This document shows, piece after piece, positions 61,852 through 64,000 of a stretch of 64,000 nt of DNA (the first letter of the stretch is position 1; each line of letters begins with the position of its first letter). A model generated the notes under the pieces. It was not told the origin of the DNA and did not search any database. It was given only the letters and a program-made list of their open reading frames with translations. This DNA comes from Spirochaetota bacterium (GTDB lineage: Bacteria; Spirochaetota; UBA6919; CBDBPB01): positions 96,001 through 160,000 of the forward strand of contig CBDBPB010000004.1 of the NCBI GenBank assembly GCA_965208615.1, given 5' to 3'. The translations under genes and the position numbers were made by a program.

Positions 61852-63453
61852 TTATAGCGAGTTTAAATGCTCTATAGCTCTTTTAGCAATAACTACTATA
61901 TTTTTATCCTTAGAACTCTTTATATAGCTTCTTAATATAGGAATACTATCTTTAATTCTCTTTCTCTTAAACAAGTTTATAATATATAGTATTAAGTTTT
62001 TATCCTTTTCAGCCAATAGAGCCTTAAGTATAGCCTTTTTATCAAAACTTATATTATTGCTTATAAGTCCATAATAAATATACTTCCTTACACGAGGATT
62101 CTTATGAGTAATATATTTATTCAAAGTAGGAATACCCTTTTCACCGCGAATACTATAAACCTTATATAAATAATACGTCTGAAAATTGAATAAACTATTC
62201 CCTCTTTTAGAAGCCATAATAAGCTTATCTATAAAGCTATCCACTTTTTTATCGTTAAGGTTAATAAGCTTTTCGATCATAAGCTTTTTTAATTCGACAT
62301 TCTCTTCTTTATGAAAAACATTTTTTATAACAGAAAATGCTATATCCTTGTTCATATTGCTAAGGGATTTAATAATAGCAAACTTAAGCTTAGTATTATT
62401 AGCCTTTAACTCCTTAAGCCATAACCTTATAACCCTTTTACCACCAATAATACTTAATACAAAAATAGCCTTTCTTCTTACTTTAATATCTTTATCATTA
62501 TATGCCATATAGCTAAGTATATCAAATGCCTTTGCAGACTTTAAATGCTCTATCCCCAAAAGACCAGAGTATCGTATAGCTTCATTATCATGCCTAAGAG
62601 CAGAAAAAATATAAGGATATGCTTTATTACTTTTAGTCTTGCCAAAAGCCTCAATTACAGCTTTTAATACAACAATGTCTTTTTCATCAGTATAGAGTTT
62701 TAGAATATTAACAGCCTTTTCTTTTCCCAGCTTAGCTATAGACGAAGCCGCAAATACCCTTACATACCTCCCAACCGCCTTACTAGATAAAACATCACTT
62801 AAAAACGCTATGGAAGACGGTTTATTAATCTCTCCTATAGCATTTACAATCCCTATTTTTGTATCATCATCAGTATTACGTTTATAAAATATTTCGTGCA
62901 TCAGCTTAAGGCTTTTTTTTGACTTAATCTGTCCCAAATACCATATAGAAGCTCTAATTATCCATAAGTTTTCACTTTCTTTAAGAGTATCCATTATAAT
63001 ACTCTCTTTTGTCTTATCCTTAAAGTGACCCAATGCTCTAATAGAGGCGGCTTTTATATCATCTTTACTAGAGTATAGCCTTTTACTAATCAAGGATATA
63101 AACTCTTTAATATTCAGATTTATTGTAGCATATATACCCTCAATCACAACACTGTTATTATCCTCATTTTCCAGTACCCGCTTTATAAGGGGATAGTACT
63201 TCTTATCCTTCTTAACAACAATTTTTTTAATGGTATCAATTCTATCTTTAGATATACCATAGTATAATATATCCCTAAAATGATTATACTCAGACTTATT
63301 GTGTTTATTAATGTTATCCTTTTTAGCAAATAAAGAAGGTGTAATGCTAAAAAATACTATTAAAAATACAGATATTATCCTCATAACTACCCCATAAGTA
63401 AAAGATAAACCCTTATACCTATTATTAAAAAAATACATAAATAGAGTCGACAT
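61852..63453 (-). CDS. Exported HEAT-repeat protein (start likely 63384)
   Basis: Signal peptide MRIISVFLIVFFSITPSLFA; repeated ..A..ALG.. helices of about 31 aa. Confidence 0.8.
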   Translation of the reverse strand: MSTLFMYFFNNRYKGLSFTYGVVMRIISVFLIVFFSITPSLFAKKDNINKHNKSEYNHFRDILYYGISKDRIDTIKKIVVKKDKKYYPLIKRVLENEDNNSVVIEGIYATINLNIKEFISLISKRLYSSKDDIKAASIRALGHFKDKTKESIIMDTLKESENLWIIRASIWYLGQIKSKKSLKLMHEIFYKRNTDDDTKIGIVNAIGEINKPSSIAFLSDVLSSKAVGRYVRVFAASSIAKLGKEKAVNILKLYTDEKDIVVLKAVIEAFGKTKSNKAYPYIFSALRHDNEAIRYSGLLGIEHLKSAKAFDILSYMAYNDKDIKVRRKAIFVLSIIGGKRVIRLWLKELKANNTKLKFAIIKSLSNMNKDIAFSVIKNVFHKEENVELKKLMIEKLINLNDKKVDSFIDKLIMASKRGNSLFNFQTYYLYKVYSIRGEKGIPTLNKYITHKNPRVRKYIYYGLISNNISFDKKAILKALLAEKDKNLILYIINLFKRKRIKDSIPILRSYIKSSKDKNIVVIAKRAIEHLNSL

Positions 63454-63590
63454 GCTAATAAATATCTTTAGGGGATCAAATAATGAAAATCTAATATTTA
63501 GCGGTAAGATAAATTATACTTAATAAGCCTAAGCCTAACTATTAATTAAGCTTAAGCTAAACCAAAAAAAATCTTAAGTTTAAAAAACTT

Positions 63591-64000
63591 TTATTTTGCC
63601 TTGCGTGACTTAACAGAAGTTAACCTCATACTCTTAATCTTTGGCCATCTTGGCTCAACCCAACGATTAGCTTTATAAATCCAAACCGGACCTCTATCAC
63701 CAACTACCTTTATAAGTTTAATACGACAATATTTATTTATCCATTTATTTATGTTAACCTTATAGCCCTTTGACTTTGCAAAAAGAACTACTTTATGCAT
63801 ACCCTTTTTATCCCGTCCAAGTCTTACATAATAAAGATCAGCCTTATTAATCATAAACCTATCATAGACTTCCCAATAAAAGTTTGGTTTATAGTAGTAT
63901 TTATTAGTATCAACTCCGGCTAACAGTACATCAGCAGTAATTTTACTATTTACGATAATTGTAACCTTATCCGCTTGATTATAGTATTGTATATATGCCC
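63591..64000 (-). CDS. C-terminal part of a hypothetical protein running off the window
   Basis: The frame of ORF 63591-63854 stays open to the window end (AYIQYYNQADKVTII...YDRFMINK). Confidence 0.6.
   Translation of the reverse strand, partial: AYIQYYNQADKVTIIVNSKITADVLLAGVDTNKYYYKPNFYWEVYDRFMINKADLYYVRLGRDKKGMHKVVLFAKSKGYKVNINKWINKYCRIKLIKVVGDRGPVWIYKANRWVEPRWPKIKSMRLTSVKSRKAK

Overview
AT-rich bacterial chromosome segment, most consistent with a spirochaete (inference from the spirochaete-type FliD, a Maf-type flagellin-modification protein and the tmRNA tag ADNQELALAA). The backbone is housekeeping: leuS, sbcCD, ssrA, iscS, rpmE, rho, icd, rnpB, rpoD-dnaG, lexA, ileS (type 2), valS, tlyA and a cold-shock gene. 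Between leuS and the tmRNA 3' end (about 3.0-17.3 kb) lies a rearranged, decaying defence region: a type IIG-like RM pair with a nonsense codon and a homopolymer frameshift, a split rmuC, a McrB N-terminal remnant, GmrSD and duplicated stubs. The most striking unexplained structure is a family of non-coding elements. They share TGT...ACA termini, TAGAAC-like boxes at a 24-bp period and a fold-back body. There are three near-identical long copies (14.3, 35.0 and 57.6 kb), plus diverged fragments, mini copies and solo ends. In two long copies the same end is amplified into tandem arrays (12 x 74 bp and 5 x 222 bp; 222 = 3 x 74). No transposase, integrase, reverse transcriptase or cas gene is visible in the window. 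All product calls come from motif recognition by eye, not from database searches.
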